Positions 17,943 to 27,280 of a stretch of DNA of 64,000 bases are shown here, piece by piece. This stretch comes from a virus (taxonomy: Duplodnaviria; Heunggongvirae; Uroviricota; Caudoviricetes), in the IMG/VR virus record IMGVR_UViG_3300034126_000013; one strand, given 5' to 3'. The notes under the pieces are model-generated. The model did no database searches and was not told the origin of the DNA. It saw only the letters and a list, made by a program, of their open reading frames with translations. The position numbers were made by a program, and so were the translations under genes. Positions within the stretch are counted from its first letter, which is position 1, and each line of letters opens with the position of its first letter.

Positions 17943-18161
17943 TCATTCATATCTCCCGTCTTCGAATACAACGAGTAGCGGTTTCAAACTTGCTTTGTAC
18001 ATTTGATCTAAGAATGAGTATGCCTCTTCCAGAGTTTCGTATTCGGAATAAGGATTCTCAGAGTAATTTACATCACCGTTCTCCTTATACAGAACTCGGC
18101 AAATCTGAAACTTCTCAACACCATCTTTGTGTACGGATACGATACGAATATCATTCAACAT
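17943..18161 (-). CDS. hypothetical protein (72 aa)
   Basis: ORF track. Confidence 0.4.
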   Translation of the reverse strand: MLNDIRIVSVHKDGVEKFQICRVLYKENGDVNYSENPYSEYETLEEAYSFLDQMYKASLKPLLVVFEDGRYE

Positions 18162-18336
18162 TCACACGCTCCCATTCACCCTCAAACAATGCCGAAGTCA
18201 TTCCTAGATCATCGATACAGTCAATAACACCGTTCGTTTCATTCCAAGCTTCGTAAACATTACCAACTGTGAAACCTTGATCACCCTGTTGATGTTCGTC
18301 TACTCGAACAACCTTTACTTTGAATTTATCGATCAT
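18151..18336 (-). CDS. small paralog family protein 1 (61 aa)
   Basis: ORF track; shares K.K...V....G.VY....W..DD.G motif pattern with two neighbours. Confidence 0.45.
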   Translation of the reverse strand: MIDKFKVKVVRVDEHQQGDQGFTVGNVYEAWNETNGVIDCIDDLGMTSALFEGEWERVNVE

Positions 18337-18497
18337 ACTACCACCTCATATTCATCAGGGAACAAGATATACTCATCATTTACGTCATCCATAACCCAAA
18401 CCGAATTAGGTGTGGCTGAATCGTATTGTGCCTCAATGGTTTCGTAAATCTTACCCTTTGTCACATCATGTACGTTTACCAATACTTTAACTTTCAT
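18333..18497 (-). CDS. small paralog family protein 2 (~54 aa, MKVKVLVNVHDVTKGKIYE...)
   Basis: Not in track; fills gap; paralogous pattern. Confidence 0.35.
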   Translation of the reverse strand: MKVKVLVNVHDVTKGKIYETIEAQYDSATPNSVWVMDDVNDEYILFPDEYEVVV

Positions 18498-18649
18498 TCT
18501 TCGATCAACTCACATTCATAAGGATATAGAAAGAACAGATCACCCATGTCATCGATTGCCCAAACGTCACCGTCTTTATCAATATGATCGACATCGTAAA
18601 CCTTACCTTCAGTGAAATACGAGACATCACCAATACATTTAGCTTTCAT
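18494..18649 (-). CDS. small paralog family protein 3 (~51 aa, MKAKCIGDVSYFTEGKVYDV...)
   Basis: ORF 18494..18754 trimmed to internal ATG with GGAGAGAG RBS just after HNH stop. Confidence 0.4.
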   Translation of the reverse strand: MKAKCIGDVSYFTEGKVYDVDHIDKDGDVWAIDDMGDLFFLYPYECELIEE

Positions 18650-18650
18650 A

Positions 18651-19238
18651 TCAACTCTCTCCTGCTTTTGTGTAATAGTCAACAAGCTGTTCACGTCGCT
18701 TGTCTTTCGTAGTGGCAGCATTGTATCCCACTGACTCAAGGAATGCAACCACATTTTTCACAGATTCCTTATTCTTTTCAATGGCTTGCTTGATAGCTGA
18801 CGCATCTTCAAACGAAAGATTACGAGCTTCAGCATATGTTTTGGTTTTATGACATGGTTTACACAGGATTGCAAGGTCTTCTTTACGAATGAATACGATA
18901 CCTTCTACAAACTTCTGAATGTCTTCAACCTTTCGCAATGAATGACCACCTTTCTTATGGTCAACCTCACAAGCATTACCAACAATCTGTTTCTTACACT
19001 GATTACATTCGAATCCCCACACTGTTGGGTGTGCTTTCATGCTGCGAGGGTTGGTGTTCACCATCTTAACACGATTGTCTTTCATAAACTGAAGTTTCAC
19101 AGGATTCTTTGACCAGAGATGACGCCTCACTCCTCCTCGGATAAATGAGAGGAAAGCGGATTCTGTCTTCCAGAACTCAGGGTGTTCCTCCCACATCTTA
19201 ATAACATCACTCATTAGCAAGTACCAATCCAACAACAC
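18651..19238 (-). CDS. HNH endonuclease (195 aa)
   Basis: CNQCKKQIVGNACEVDHKKGGHSL ... CKPCH zinc/HNH motifs. Confidence 0.6.
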   Translation of the reverse strand: MLLDWYLLMSDVIKMWEEHPEFWKTESAFLSFIRGGVRRHLWSKNPVKLQFMKDNRVKMVNTNPRSMKAHPTVWGFECNQCKKQIVGNACEVDHKKGGHSLRKVEDIQKFVEGIVFIRKEDLAILCKPCHKTKTYAEARNLSFEDASAIKQAIEKNKESVKNVVAFLESVGYNAATTKDKRREQLVDYYTKAGES

Positions 19239-19413
19239 GGAACTCAGTTTGTTCGCTAAGCTTCTTACCTTTCAAGTGTTCATAGTCACCACCATACATT
19301 CGACGTGTCCAATGATTGAATCCAACAGCAGCAGCATTTCTTGCATCATAAACTTTACGATTCAATGGTGCAGGATTACCGTCTTTGTCTACTACAGCAT
19401 AACCATAAATCAT
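19207..19413 (-). CDS. hypothetical protein (68 aa)
   Basis: ORF track. Confidence 0.4.
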   Translation of the reverse strand: MIYGYAVVDKDGNPAPLNRKVYDARNAAAVGFNHWTRRMYGGDYEHLKGKKLSEQTEFRVVGLVLANE

Positions 19414-19415
19414 AC

Positions 19416-19619
19416 TTAATTAACCTCCTTAACGTGAATGTGGTGCATCTCGTACATTCCGGTACGGTCGCACAATCGACTCTCATACCACTCACTGTCT
19501 TCACCTTCCAATTCTTCAGGAGATGGTCGGCAAGCATCAAATGCTTTCTCATGAGAATCAAACACACCGATTACGTTGTCCCAACCCAAGTCAAGATTCA
19601 CAGCAACATAAACTTTCAT
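19416..19619 (-). CDS. hypothetical protein (67 aa)
   Basis: ORF track. Confidence 0.4.
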   Translation of the reverse strand: MKVYVAVNLDLGWDNVIGVFDSHEKAFDACRPSPEELEGEDSEWYESRLCDRTGMYEMHHIHVKEVN

Positions 19620-20623
19620 CAGTACGCTACTCCCATTTTATCCAATGCTGCTTTCACATTAACACGTGGATCAGTCAGTGTCCTCTGCATATGAGCCATG
19701 TCCATCATCTCTTGGAACACATAGAGCCAATCGATTTCGATTTCATCACCACGCCACCCGGTAACTACTTTCTTCTCAGGGTACAGATGCTTGAACGTGT
19801 GCACCATCGCCTCAAAGCATTCCTTGTCAGTCTTGCAATCCACCAGAGTATTGAAAGCACTTACACTTCCCCACTCGATGTCGCTGAAGCAGTTCGCTTT
19901 GTAGTTGTCAACATCATCCTGACTAATGATCTGATAATACAGATGGATACGACCTTCACCACGAACAATCTTTTTGCTGTCTTTGAACAACGTACCAAGC
20001 TTGTCACAGTTCACGATACCGCGATGTGTACGGTTGATATCATAGTAGTTTACAGGCGATCCCCAGTAATCCTTATCCTCACCGATTACGAAGTGATTCG
20101 CTTGCTTGTATGCACGGATAACACACATGTCGTCAGCTTCACGATCTGTAATGATGTCAGCTTTGTAGCGACGTTCCAGATAGTTACTCACTTCGTCCAA
20201 GTGGAATGGCTTCACCACATTGTCACGGTTGCCTTTGTACTTCTGCAACGTAGACCATTCAACTCGTTGGCTGTCACCTTTACCCATGTACATCTCATAG
20301 CTCTTTGCACCAGATTGAGCAAGGATGTCATCAACCATTACCTTCGCGGTATGCAAAACGTTTTGAATCGGCTCAGGAGTTGCAATGTCTTCAATGTCAA
20401 AGTCTTCAGGAAGCCATGGGCTTTCACGTTTCGTGTTCTCTTCAGCCAGAATACCACCAGCCTTTTTCTTATGATGTCCCCAGAACGCTGTACGACTCTT
20501 TGCTTCGAACGTTTTACTTGTATCCCCACGAAGGGTTGCCCGAATGCTTTTCTTCTCACCTACGTAAGCAGCAGCGTATTTAAACGCATCAAGATCGACA
20601 ACGGCGTGTGTTGGATTGCTCAT
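19619..20623 (-). CDS. 5'-3' exonuclease / flap endonuclease (FEN/RNase H family)
   Basis: N-terminal VVDLDAFKYAAA and LQKYKGNRDN (YKxxR motif); T5 D15 / T7 gp6 type. Confidence 0.65.
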   Translation of the reverse strand: MSNPTHAVVDLDAFKYAAAYVGEKKSIRATLRGDTSKTFEAKSRTAFWGHHKKKAGGILAEENTKRESPWLPEDFDIEDIATPEPIQNVLHTAKVMVDDILAQSGAKSYEMYMGKGDSQRVEWSTLQKYKGNRDNVVKPFHLDEVSNYLERRYKADIITDREADDMCVIRAYKQANHFVIGEDKDYWGSPVNYYDINRTHRGIVNCDKLGTLFKDSKKIVRGEGRIHLYYQIISQDDVDNYKANCFSDIEWGSVSAFNTLVDCKTDKECFEAMVHTFKHLYPEKKVVTGWRGDEIEIDWLYVFQEMMDMAHMQRTLTDPRVNVKAALDKMGVAY

Positions 20624-20790
20624 AAACTACTTCTCCTTAACGATATTGCAGGCGATACATCAACCCACTACGGAACTCAGGTTCATCAACTTCGATCCAT
20701 CCGATAGCAGTCATTACTTCGATAATCATGTTATTATCCTCATCAAGCATACGGGTTGCCATTGGTGGAATGACGCCATCTGTAATCACT

Positions 20791-20982
20791 TCAAAGATCA
20801 TTTACTTTCTCCTTTGCAAAAGTCACACCAGTTGGAACTAGATCATATTCAACAACTTGCCGTGTAACAGAGTGCTTTACTTTTGCAATTGCTGCTGATT
20901 TCGATACATAGACACGAGTACCTTTACCATAAACACGGATACGATTACCTGTTTCGATTTCTTCAACTACATACACTTTCAT
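20791..20982 (-). CDS. hypothetical protein (~63 aa, start MKVYVVEE)
   Basis: ORF 20791..21015 trimmed because upstream part overlaps terminator hairpin. Confidence 0.35.
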   Translation of the reverse strand: MKVYVVEEIETGNRIRVYGKGTRVYVSKSAAIAKVKHSVTRQVVEYDLVPTGVTFAKEKVNDL

Positions 20983-21007
20983 TTTATCAATCTCCAGAAA
21001 CAAGAAA

Positions 21008-21026
21008 GCCCGCACAATGGCGGGCT
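21008..21026 (-). terminator. intrinsic terminator
   Basis: agcccgcacaatggcgggct followed by minus-strand UUUCUUGUUU. Confidence 0.5.
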
Positions 21027-21065
21027 ATATTCATTCAAATTGTCACTACAGAACCGATAACCCGA

Positions 21066-21401
21066 TCAGTCGTTGTAGTTTGTGTAATGCTCATATGCTG
21101 CGAAGAATTCGAGTTGTTCGGTTTTCTTCTCCTCATAATCTGCGGCTGCATAACGTACAGCCGTTTTAGCAATCTGTTTTACTTCTTTAGCATCCAGACC
21201 TTTTGGGTTATGTTTCTTATTGAACTTGGTGTCTTTGATCAGTTGAACAATATCCGCTTTACGCGTATTGATTTCTTTGTTCAATCGTACAAGTTGTTCA
21301 AGCAGTTGCTCTGCATTCAATACAGGCTTTGGGCCTACTTCAGCCTCAGCGTTAGTAGTGTCGAACAGTTCACCAGTTTCTACGTTTGCAAACAATGTCA
21401 T
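21066..21401 (-). CDS. hypothetical coiled-coil protein (111 aa)
   Basis: ORF track. Confidence 0.45.
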   Translation of the reverse strand: MTLFANVETGELFDTTNAEAEVGPKPVLNAEQLLEQLVRLNKEINTRKADIVQLIKDTKFNKKHNPKGLDAKEVKQIAKTAVRYAAADYEEKKTEQLEFFAAYEHYTNYND

Positions 21402-21461
21402 ATCTTTCTCTCCAGAATAAATGGGTAGCCTTATGACTACCCTGTATAACAGATTCGATTC

Positions 21462-22484
21462 TTAGAACGGTACGTCGTCATCGAACGAATCAAAGTCGAT
21501 TGGCTCTTGAGGAGCAGCTTGTGGCTTGTCCTGCTTCGGAGCTTGTTGTGCAGGCTTCGATTCACCATTCGATTGAGGACCAGTTGCGTCACCAACTTTG
21601 ATCTTACCAATCTCGATCAGTGCTTTCTGTACGTCACTACCTTCAAAGTCTTCAGCCTGTTTCATCGTGTTGATGATCGACTGACGCAGAGTCTTCAGAG
21701 TTTCAAGGTCTTGTTCACCTTTGAAGTTAACCATGTACATGAACTTATCATCCAGAGTAGGAATCATCTTTACCATGGCCTTTGGAACCGGACCATTGAA
21801 AGAAATCTTCTCATTCAGATACTCTTTACCACCATGTTCATTCGTGTATACATGAACGTTGAACATTGCCGCTTCACCAATCAGGTTGCCCAAGTAAGCT
21901 GGTTTGAAGTTACCTTTCTCATCGAGTTGCTTGGTAGCTTGACCCAACTTGAACAGGATGGTGTTGTTCTTCAGGCTCCAAGTGCCGTCATCGTTACGCT
22001 GTTCACGCAGGCTATACGGCTTACCAACAACTTTACCAATACCCTTCTGACCGAACTCGTTGTTCAGCAGACCACGATATGGAAGCTCTTCACCAACTTT
22101 GTCTTCATCGAAGAACTGACCACGATTCACCAATGTTTCCGGGAAATCGATAGTGATTGCAGCACAACGTTGTGGCTTCACTTCCCAGCGCTTGTAGCGA
22201 GTTGGAACACCTTTATCATCAGGCAGAGTCTCAAAGTATTGCTTGTCATTCTTTGCCAGTTCTTCAGCTTCAGAGGCTGCGTCACCGGTCCATTTCATCT
22301 TGGCATCTTCTTGTGCTTGCAGACCCAGATCGATAACACCGGAAACAATGCCAATCATCGCTTCAGGAGCTTCTGCACAACCAACCGCTTCAACCACGTG
22401 CTTTGTCAGCGCATCGAAGTCAACGTTCGAAGTGTTCTCAGTGGATTGTGGGGTGCCAGCATTAAATACGAACTTCTTAGCCAT
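21462..22484 (-). CDS. ssDNA-binding protein with E. coli-SSB-like acidic C-terminal tip (..DFDSFDDDVPF)
   Basis: Q/P-rich linker then DDDVPF terminus (cf. SSB DDDIPF). Start moved to MAKKF (AAAGGAAAA RBS) because promoter P8 lies inside the longer ORF. Confidence 0.55.
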   Translation of the reverse strand: MAKKFVFNAGTPQSTENTSNVDFDALTKHVVEAVGCAEAPEAMIGIVSGVIDLGLQAQEDAKMKWTGDAASEAEELAKNDKQYFETLPDDKGVPTRYKRWEVKPQRCAAITIDFPETLVNRGQFFDEDKVGEELPYRGLLNNEFGQKGIGKVVGKPYSLREQRNDDGTWSLKNNTILFKLGQATKQLDEKGNFKPAYLGNLIGEAAMFNVHVYTNEHGGKEYLNEKISFNGPVPKAMVKMIPTLDDKFMYMVNFKGEQDLETLKTLRQSIINTMKQAEDFEGSDVQKALIEIGKIKVGDATGPQSNGESKPAQQAPKQDKPQAAPQEPIDFDSFDDDVPF

Positions 22485-22582
22485 TTGATGATTTTCCTTT
22501 TGCAGATTATTTATTTGTGCTGTATGATTGCAGCAGAGATGTTTTGCAGATTGTTCATGCTCTTCACTCAACATGAACGCTC

Positions 22583-22611
22583 ATTATACCGAAATGATCA
22601 ACCCTTGTCAA
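22583..22611 (-). promoter_or_regulatory. consensus sigma70 promoter P8 (TTGACA-N17-TATAAT) with A-rich UP-like element
   Basis: Minus strand gaaaaatagttgaaaaagtggTTGACAagggttgatcatttcggTATAAT. Confidence 0.55.
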
Positions 22612-22619
22612 CCACTTTT

Positions 22620-22916
22620 TCAACTATTTTTCACTTCCTGCCAACTCTTTACCACTTTGACTTCCTCAACCAGCTTGACTTCAACCAACGTCTCACCAGA
22701 ATCCTCGAAGCTGTAGTGATAGTCACTGAATGGGCTACCACTCCGACTGACTGTCAGCGAGAAATATTTCCCGGTTGATTCTTGGAAGTAAATATTGGTC
22801 ATGTATTGATACTTAGTATCTACATCCCAATCACCTTCCTCATGAAGTACCAAGTCCAGTTCGTCAGAACCTTCCTCACGCCATAGATATTTAACTTGAT
22901 CGCGTGTCAGTTCCAT
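22620..22916 (-). CDS. hypothetical protein (98 aa)
   Basis: ORF track. Confidence 0.45.
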   Translation of the reverse strand: MELTRDQVKYLWREEGSDELDLVLHEEGDWDVDTKYQYMTNIYFQESTGKYFSLTVSRSGSPFSDYHYSFEDSGETLVEVKLVEEVKVVKSWQEVKNS

Positions 22917-22918
22917 AA

Positions 22919-23094
22919 TTAACGCACCACACGCTGTACGGTAAGCTTCTGGACGATTCGTGGAATAACTGGGGTATTGCCATTGGTTGTCAGAGTTTGC
23001 TCAGCCAACGCACGGAAGGAGCGCTGTACCATGCGTGCTGCTTCACGAGTACCAACTGCGACACCACCAACGTTATATTCATATTGCTTTTTCA
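22919..23094 (-). CDS. small protein (~58 aa, MKKQYEYNVGGVAVGTRE...)
   Basis: Not in track; AAGGGGAAAAG RBS. Confidence 0.3.
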
Positions 23095-23106
23095 TTTCTT
23101 TTCCCC

Positions 23107-23388
23107 TTATGCTCGTTTCATTTCTTTGGTGGTGAAGAAACCACTGTGTGCTGGATTTTCAGTAAGAAACTTACGAGCCAGCAAAGCAATGAAGTCGTTA
23201 CTGATCTTGTACTCATTACCAACTGTACGAATCATCGACTCCCAACGGATGCGGTTACATACAAGCCATGCACTCGACTTCTTTACACCAGAACCAATCA
23301 GTTCATAGGTGAACTTGGCGAACAGTGGGTAGAACTCAGGATTCAACACCAACCAGTTTTCAAACTCTTCACGCAAAGTCAATTCCAT
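23107..23388 (-). CDS. hypothetical protein (93 aa)
   Basis: ORF track. Confidence 0.45.
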   Translation of the reverse strand: MELTLREEFENWLVLNPEFYPLFAKFTYELIGSGVKKSSAWLVCNRIRWESMIRTVGNEYKISNDFIALLARKFLTENPAHSGFFTTKEMKRA

Positions 23389-23747
23389 TACATATTCCCC
23401 AATTCGCGTTTCATTTTATCAACTTCCTTTTGCAGCTTTTCAAGCTCAGATACCTTCTCAGCAAGTACCTTGCATTTACTATTACCAATAGCAAAGAACA
23501 ATTCTTCAGCTTCACCTTGCATACTAATATAACTTACTGTACCGATTGCATTTCGAGAAAGATCATGCAACTCTTGAATTTTTGGAAATGAATCAACATT
23601 CAACACTTCAGCAAGCTTGTTGTACAAACCATCTGCAAAACCTTTCACATAACCGTTAGTACGACCTAGTACAAGATACGCACGAAGTGCATCAGCAGCA
23701 TTGATTTCGATGTCAAGCTTTATCATTGAGTCTTCTACGAAATTCAT
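23388..23747 (-). CDS. hypothetical coiled-coil protein (119 aa)
   Basis: ORF track. Confidence 0.45.
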   Translation of the reverse strand: MNFVEDSMIKLDIEINAADALRAYLVLGRTNGYVKGFADGLYNKLAEVLNVDSFPKIQELHDLSRNAIGTVSYISMQGEAEELFFAIGNSKCKVLAEKVSELEKLQKEVDKMKRELGNM

Positions 23748-24019
23748 TACACTTCTCCCATTGGTAGCAGGTATACAGCTTTAATTTCTTTGATGTCAAA
23801 CACATAAGAAGTGTCCATCAGGTTGCGATTGATCACTTTGAACTTACCTTGCTGAATGCAGAACGTATGTACAGGATTGATATGTTCGTTCTGATATCCT
23901 TGACCTTTCCAGTGAATAATCACTTCAAGATTCAAGTGAGCCGGAACCGTATGAATGAAATCCTCACCTTTTAGGTTAATGCTTGGGATTGGTGATTTCG
24001 CTTTGTTCTTCTTAGCCAA
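23747..24019 (-). CDS. hypothetical protein (90 aa)
   Basis: ORF track. Confidence 0.45.
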   Translation of the reverse strand: MAKKNKAKSPIPSINLKGEDFIHTVPAHLNLEVIIHWKGQGYQNEHINPVHTFCIQQGKFKVINRNLMDTSYVFDIKEIKAVYLLPMGEV

Positions 24020-24024
24020 AGGTG

Positions 24025-24246
24025 TTACTCCTTAATGAATTCGATTTCGTGAGAGCGGAAGAAATGATAGTCGGTACTACCATCGATGTCAAGCCATGTG
24101 CACATGACACTTGTTTGATCATCCAACCACTCTTTCTTGCGAGTGACAACTGTACCAGTTGGTGGCCAACCACCTAAGCCACCATTTTTACCAGTATAGA
24201 TTAGTTGATCACCGTTCTTTAGGTCAAGCATTTGTTCAGGAGTCAT
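24025..24246 (-). CDS. hypothetical protein (73 aa)
   Basis: ORF track. Confidence 0.4.
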   Translation of the reverse strand: MTPEQMLDLKNGDQLIYTGKNGGLGGWPPTGTVVTRKKEWLDDQTSVMCTWLDIDGSTDYHFFRSHEIEFIKE

Positions 24247-24254
24247 TTTACACC

Positions 24255-24521
24255 TTACTCGGTAAGAGCTTTGATTCGATCCAGTACACGGCTCAGCTTG
24301 TTCTTGGATTCGTTTGCACGAAGAACTTCACCTTGACGCTTTGCAATTTCAGCTTCTTGCTCATCGATCTGCGATTGAATGGTTTCTAGTGCAGTCGAAA
24401 CCTTCTGTTCAGCTTTGGTGAACGTATCCAGAGCATCCGCCAGCAACTCAGTGTGCGAAGCTTTCTTTGCCGAGAACAGGGAAGTCAGGCTGGTCATTGC
24501 AGGTTCGGTACGAGTAGTCAT
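24255..24521 (-). CDS. hypothetical coiled-coil protein (88 aa)
   Basis: ORF track; GGAGATGAA RBS; first gene after P11. Confidence 0.45.
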   Translation of the reverse strand: MTTRTEPAMTSLTSLFSAKKASHTELLADALDTFTKAEQKVSTALETIQSQIDEQEAEIAKRQGEVLRANESKNKLSRVLDRIKALTE

Positions 24522-24553
24522 TTGTTCATCTCCATTTCGTTTAAGTGTGCGTA

Positions 24554-24581
24554 TTATACGCTAGTGTGAATCTGGTGTCAA
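24554..24581 (-). promoter_or_regulatory. consensus sigma70 promoter P11 (TTGACA-N16/17-TATAAT)
   Basis: Minus strand gcTTGACAccagattcacactagcgTATAATacg. Confidence 0.55.
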
Positions 24582-24679
24582 GCAGCAATTGCTTGTGTGT
24601 TTACAAATTCTTTCGTGTTACCAGCACCACCACGAGGAGGTGTTCCTTTAGGTAATGTTCCCGTTGATTTTAATAGCCA

Positions 24680-24940
24680 TCACTTAATACTCTTGTTGAT
24701 TTGTTTGAGTTCAGAGATTACATCTTTTGCTTCCTGCTTGTCAAGATCAACACGCAAAGATTTGAACAATTCCTTAATCAGTGAAATTGTGAAATCGGTG
24801 TCTTCAAAGCTAAGGTCGATTGCTTTAATCAAAGTGACAGCCATATCGTCATCACCATCGATAGCCATAACGATGTCACCAACAGTGGTGCTAACGTTCA
24901 TTTCGAATGTACGCTTATACAAACATTGTAGCTCACTCAT
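24680..24940 (-). CDS. hypothetical protein (~86 aa, start MSELQCLYK)
   Basis: ORF 24680..25018 trimmed; promoter P4 lies inside the long form. Confidence 0.4.
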   Translation of the reverse strand: MSELQCLYKRTFEMNVSTTVGDIVMAIDGDDDMAVTLIKAIDLSFEDTDFTISLIKELFKSLRVDLDKQEAKDVISELKQINKSIK

Positions 24941-24977
24941 TTCATCTCTCCAGATATGTGTTGTGTTGATAGCGCCC

Positions 24978-25005
24978 ATTCTACTTGATCCTGAGCGCCT
25001 GTCAA
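24978..25005 (-). promoter_or_regulatory. sigma70-type promoter P4 (TTGACA-N16/17-TAGAAT)
   Basis: Minus strand TTGACAggcgctcaggatcaagTAGAATggg. Confidence 0.5.
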
Positions 25006-25024
25006 CAACTATTTTCAATCTATT

Positions 25025-27262
25025 TTACGCTTCGTCATCACCATCATCATCCAGACTAACGGTGCCTAGAATCGCCTGTACGAGCTTGTTAGCTTCCTCG
25101 ACGTAGTAATCATAGTTGATTCCCCACGAGAAGTCATCCATGTTGTTGCACGGTGTCACATTCCATTTGCTGTCAATCGCCATACGACGATCACCCTCAA
25201 GCTCTTTACCTTCCAACGCTGGCATCAGCTTGATCAGCTTACCACCATGAACCGATGGATAGTATCGGCAAATGTTCTGCAACTCACGTTGCTCACCAGT
25301 CTCCTCATTGAACAACACCAGCTTCGAGCTACGTGGAACCTTTGTACGCAGCATGAAATCAAAAGGATCATCATGACGACGAATCAAATCCTCTGCCTTT
25401 CCTTCACCAAGAAGCTCATGAACAGCAGCCATCTTGACAACCAATGCTGATTGGTTTTTGTGCCAGTCCAAGTCTTTGAACTCGTATGCACCTTTCCGTT
25501 TCACTTCACCACCAGCGAATACAGCAATATAGTTGTTTACGTTCGCAGACATCATCTTGTCATACAAAGCACCTTCCATAACCAGACCAGTCAGCTTTTC
25601 CCATTCTTTAACCAGACGATCAATCGTCTTCTTAGTTTTAGGATCATCAGAAGCAACGAATTCAAAACCATCCGTATTGCACATAATGATTTCAGCATCA
25701 ACCTGAGCCATCAGTTTTTCCATCAACATGCACAACGAAAGCTGACCGTTGATTGTAATCGACATCATGAACTGCTTATCGAACATCGGGCTAAATTCAT
25801 CACCAGATGCACCATATGTACCGTTGAGTGCCAGCTTCAGTGCTTTGTTCAACGCATGTTTCTTGTCATACGAACGACGTTCTACATACAGGTCTTGATA
25901 TACATCACAGAACAATTCGTCCAAGTGAGCCGGGAAAATACGGTTCTGGATACTCAGGTTTGGATAATACGAAGCAACGTCGAGCGTATAGATTCGCTTA
26001 CCATTACCTGAAACAGTTACACCTTTCTTACAGCCGTGAATACCACCAGTACCGAAGTCATATTGGAAACCATCAATGACAACGTTCAATGGACTGCTGT
26101 TCGCTTTCTTATCATCAATACCAGCAACACCAGCGGTGATTCTCCAGCAGAACCAGTAGGACGCAGCACCTTTCGGAGACTTCAGTTCTACAGCTTCAAC
26201 CCAACCCAACGGATGCTCCGCCATCATTTCGAGAATGTGAGCTTCGGTAGGAACGTAACGCTTGTTCTTTGCACCTTGCTCTGGGCAGTTCATCTTTTTC
26301 ATCTTGACTTTCATGTTCGCATACTTCGCGACATCACCAAGTTGATGCTCTTCAAGCTCCGAGAACACACCGTTTGTCTCAACGATTGTCTGATCCATGA
26401 ACCACTGGTGGATCGCTTTGAACTCTGGACGATCAAACTTGATATAAGGTAAGATACACTCTTTCAAATGAATCTGCTCACGCTTAGTCTGTTGCATCTT
26501 ACGAACAATACGTGGACCTTGTTTCTCCATACGGAAACATACACCCGGCTTAGCCGCTTCCAGACGGTTAACAAACAACTCTTTACCAATCTTGGTATCG
26601 TTATAGTTGGTGCAGTCAAACCCGAACTGTACAGTCAACTCAGCACGCAGCTTAATCGCTTCCATCGAGTGATGATAGAACTTCAGTGTTTCCATAACGT
26701 CGTGATGGTTATACCGAATCAGTTCATCTTTCTGACGATCATTCAGACGCATACCTACCGGGAATGGCAAGTCTTCGATGTTCCGACTACGCATGTTGAA
26801 CTCAAGCACCTTCAGGCTGGTCATGCGAGCTTTGTTATCGAAGTGGTGAATCTTGAACAGGTCAACTTGTGGGATGATTTCTTCAGATGCACGAATCGCA
26901 GTACCAAACTTGTTGAACTTGGCTGCTTCAAACAGTTTACATACCTTGCTATAAATCTCAGCAGCAGTAACCTTGACTTTCTTACCAGCTTTCTTTGCTT
27001 CTTTTGCTTTCTCCAGAATGAAGTGAATCACCGGATAGTCAAAGCCGACGTTGTTGAAACCGACAAGACGATGACCAGCACCTTTTACTTTGCGAAGGAA
27101 GTCAAGCAGTTCATTGATTTCATCTTTGCGATCAGAAATCTCAAACACACGTGCACCTTTGCCATTAGCAAAGATGGTAGCGAATGTAAAAATATTTGGA
27201 TAGGTTTCAATGTCGTAAACCCAATCATCGAATATTTTTACAAATTTAAATTCTTCAGACAT
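25025..27262 (-). CDS. family B DNA polymerase with 3'-5' proofreading exonuclease (745 aa)
   Basis: Exo I YDIETYPN, Exo II GFNNVGFDYPV, Exo III YNHHD; pol motif A LDVASYYPN, motif B LNGTYGA, motif C CNTDGFEF. Confidence 0.8.
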   Translation of the reverse strand: MSEEFKFVKIFDDWVYDIETYPNIFTFATIFANGKGARVFEISDRKDEINELLDFLRKVKGAGHRLVGFNNVGFDYPVIHFILEKAKEAKKAGKKVKVTAAEIYSKVCKLFEAAKFNKFGTAIRASEEIIPQVDLFKIHHFDNKARMTSLKVLEFNMRSRNIEDLPFPVGMRLNDRQKDELIRYNHHDVMETLKFYHHSMEAIKLRAELTVQFGFDCTNYNDTKIGKELFVNRLEAAKPGVCFRMEKQGPRIVRKMQQTKREQIHLKECILPYIKFDRPEFKAIHQWFMDQTIVETNGVFSELEEHQLGDVAKYANMKVKMKKMNCPEQGAKNKRYVPTEAHILEMMAEHPLGWVEAVELKSPKGAASYWFCWRITAGVAGIDDKKANSSPLNVVIDGFQYDFGTGGIHGCKKGVTVSGNGKRIYTLDVASYYPNLSIQNRIFPAHLDELFCDVYQDLYVERRSYDKKHALNKALKLALNGTYGASGDEFSPMFDKQFMMSITINGQLSLCMLMEKLMAQVDAEIIMCNTDGFEFVASDDPKTKKTIDRLVKEWEKLTGLVMEGALYDKMMSANVNNYIAVFAGGEVKRKGAYEFKDLDWHKNQSALVVKMAAVHELLGEGKAEDLIRRHDDPFDFMLRTKVPRSSKLVLFNEETGEQRELQNICRYYPSVHGGKLIKLMPALEGKELEGDRRMAIDSKWNVTPCNNMDDFSWGINYDYYVEEANKLVQAILGTVSLDDDGDDEA

Positions 27263-27280
27263 CTGTTTCTCCTAGACTAC

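Noticed and set aside
19523-20707. 394-aa plus-strand ORF
   Set aside because: Lies entirely antisense to the FEN-type exonuclease gene, which has clear motifs; low-complexity translation (His/Leu/Val/Phe-rich); no RBS. Judged an antisense artefact.
21507-22778. 423-aa plus-strand ORF
   Set aside because: Antisense to the SSB gene and to promoter P8. Composition typical of reverse-strand read-through of a highly expressed gene.
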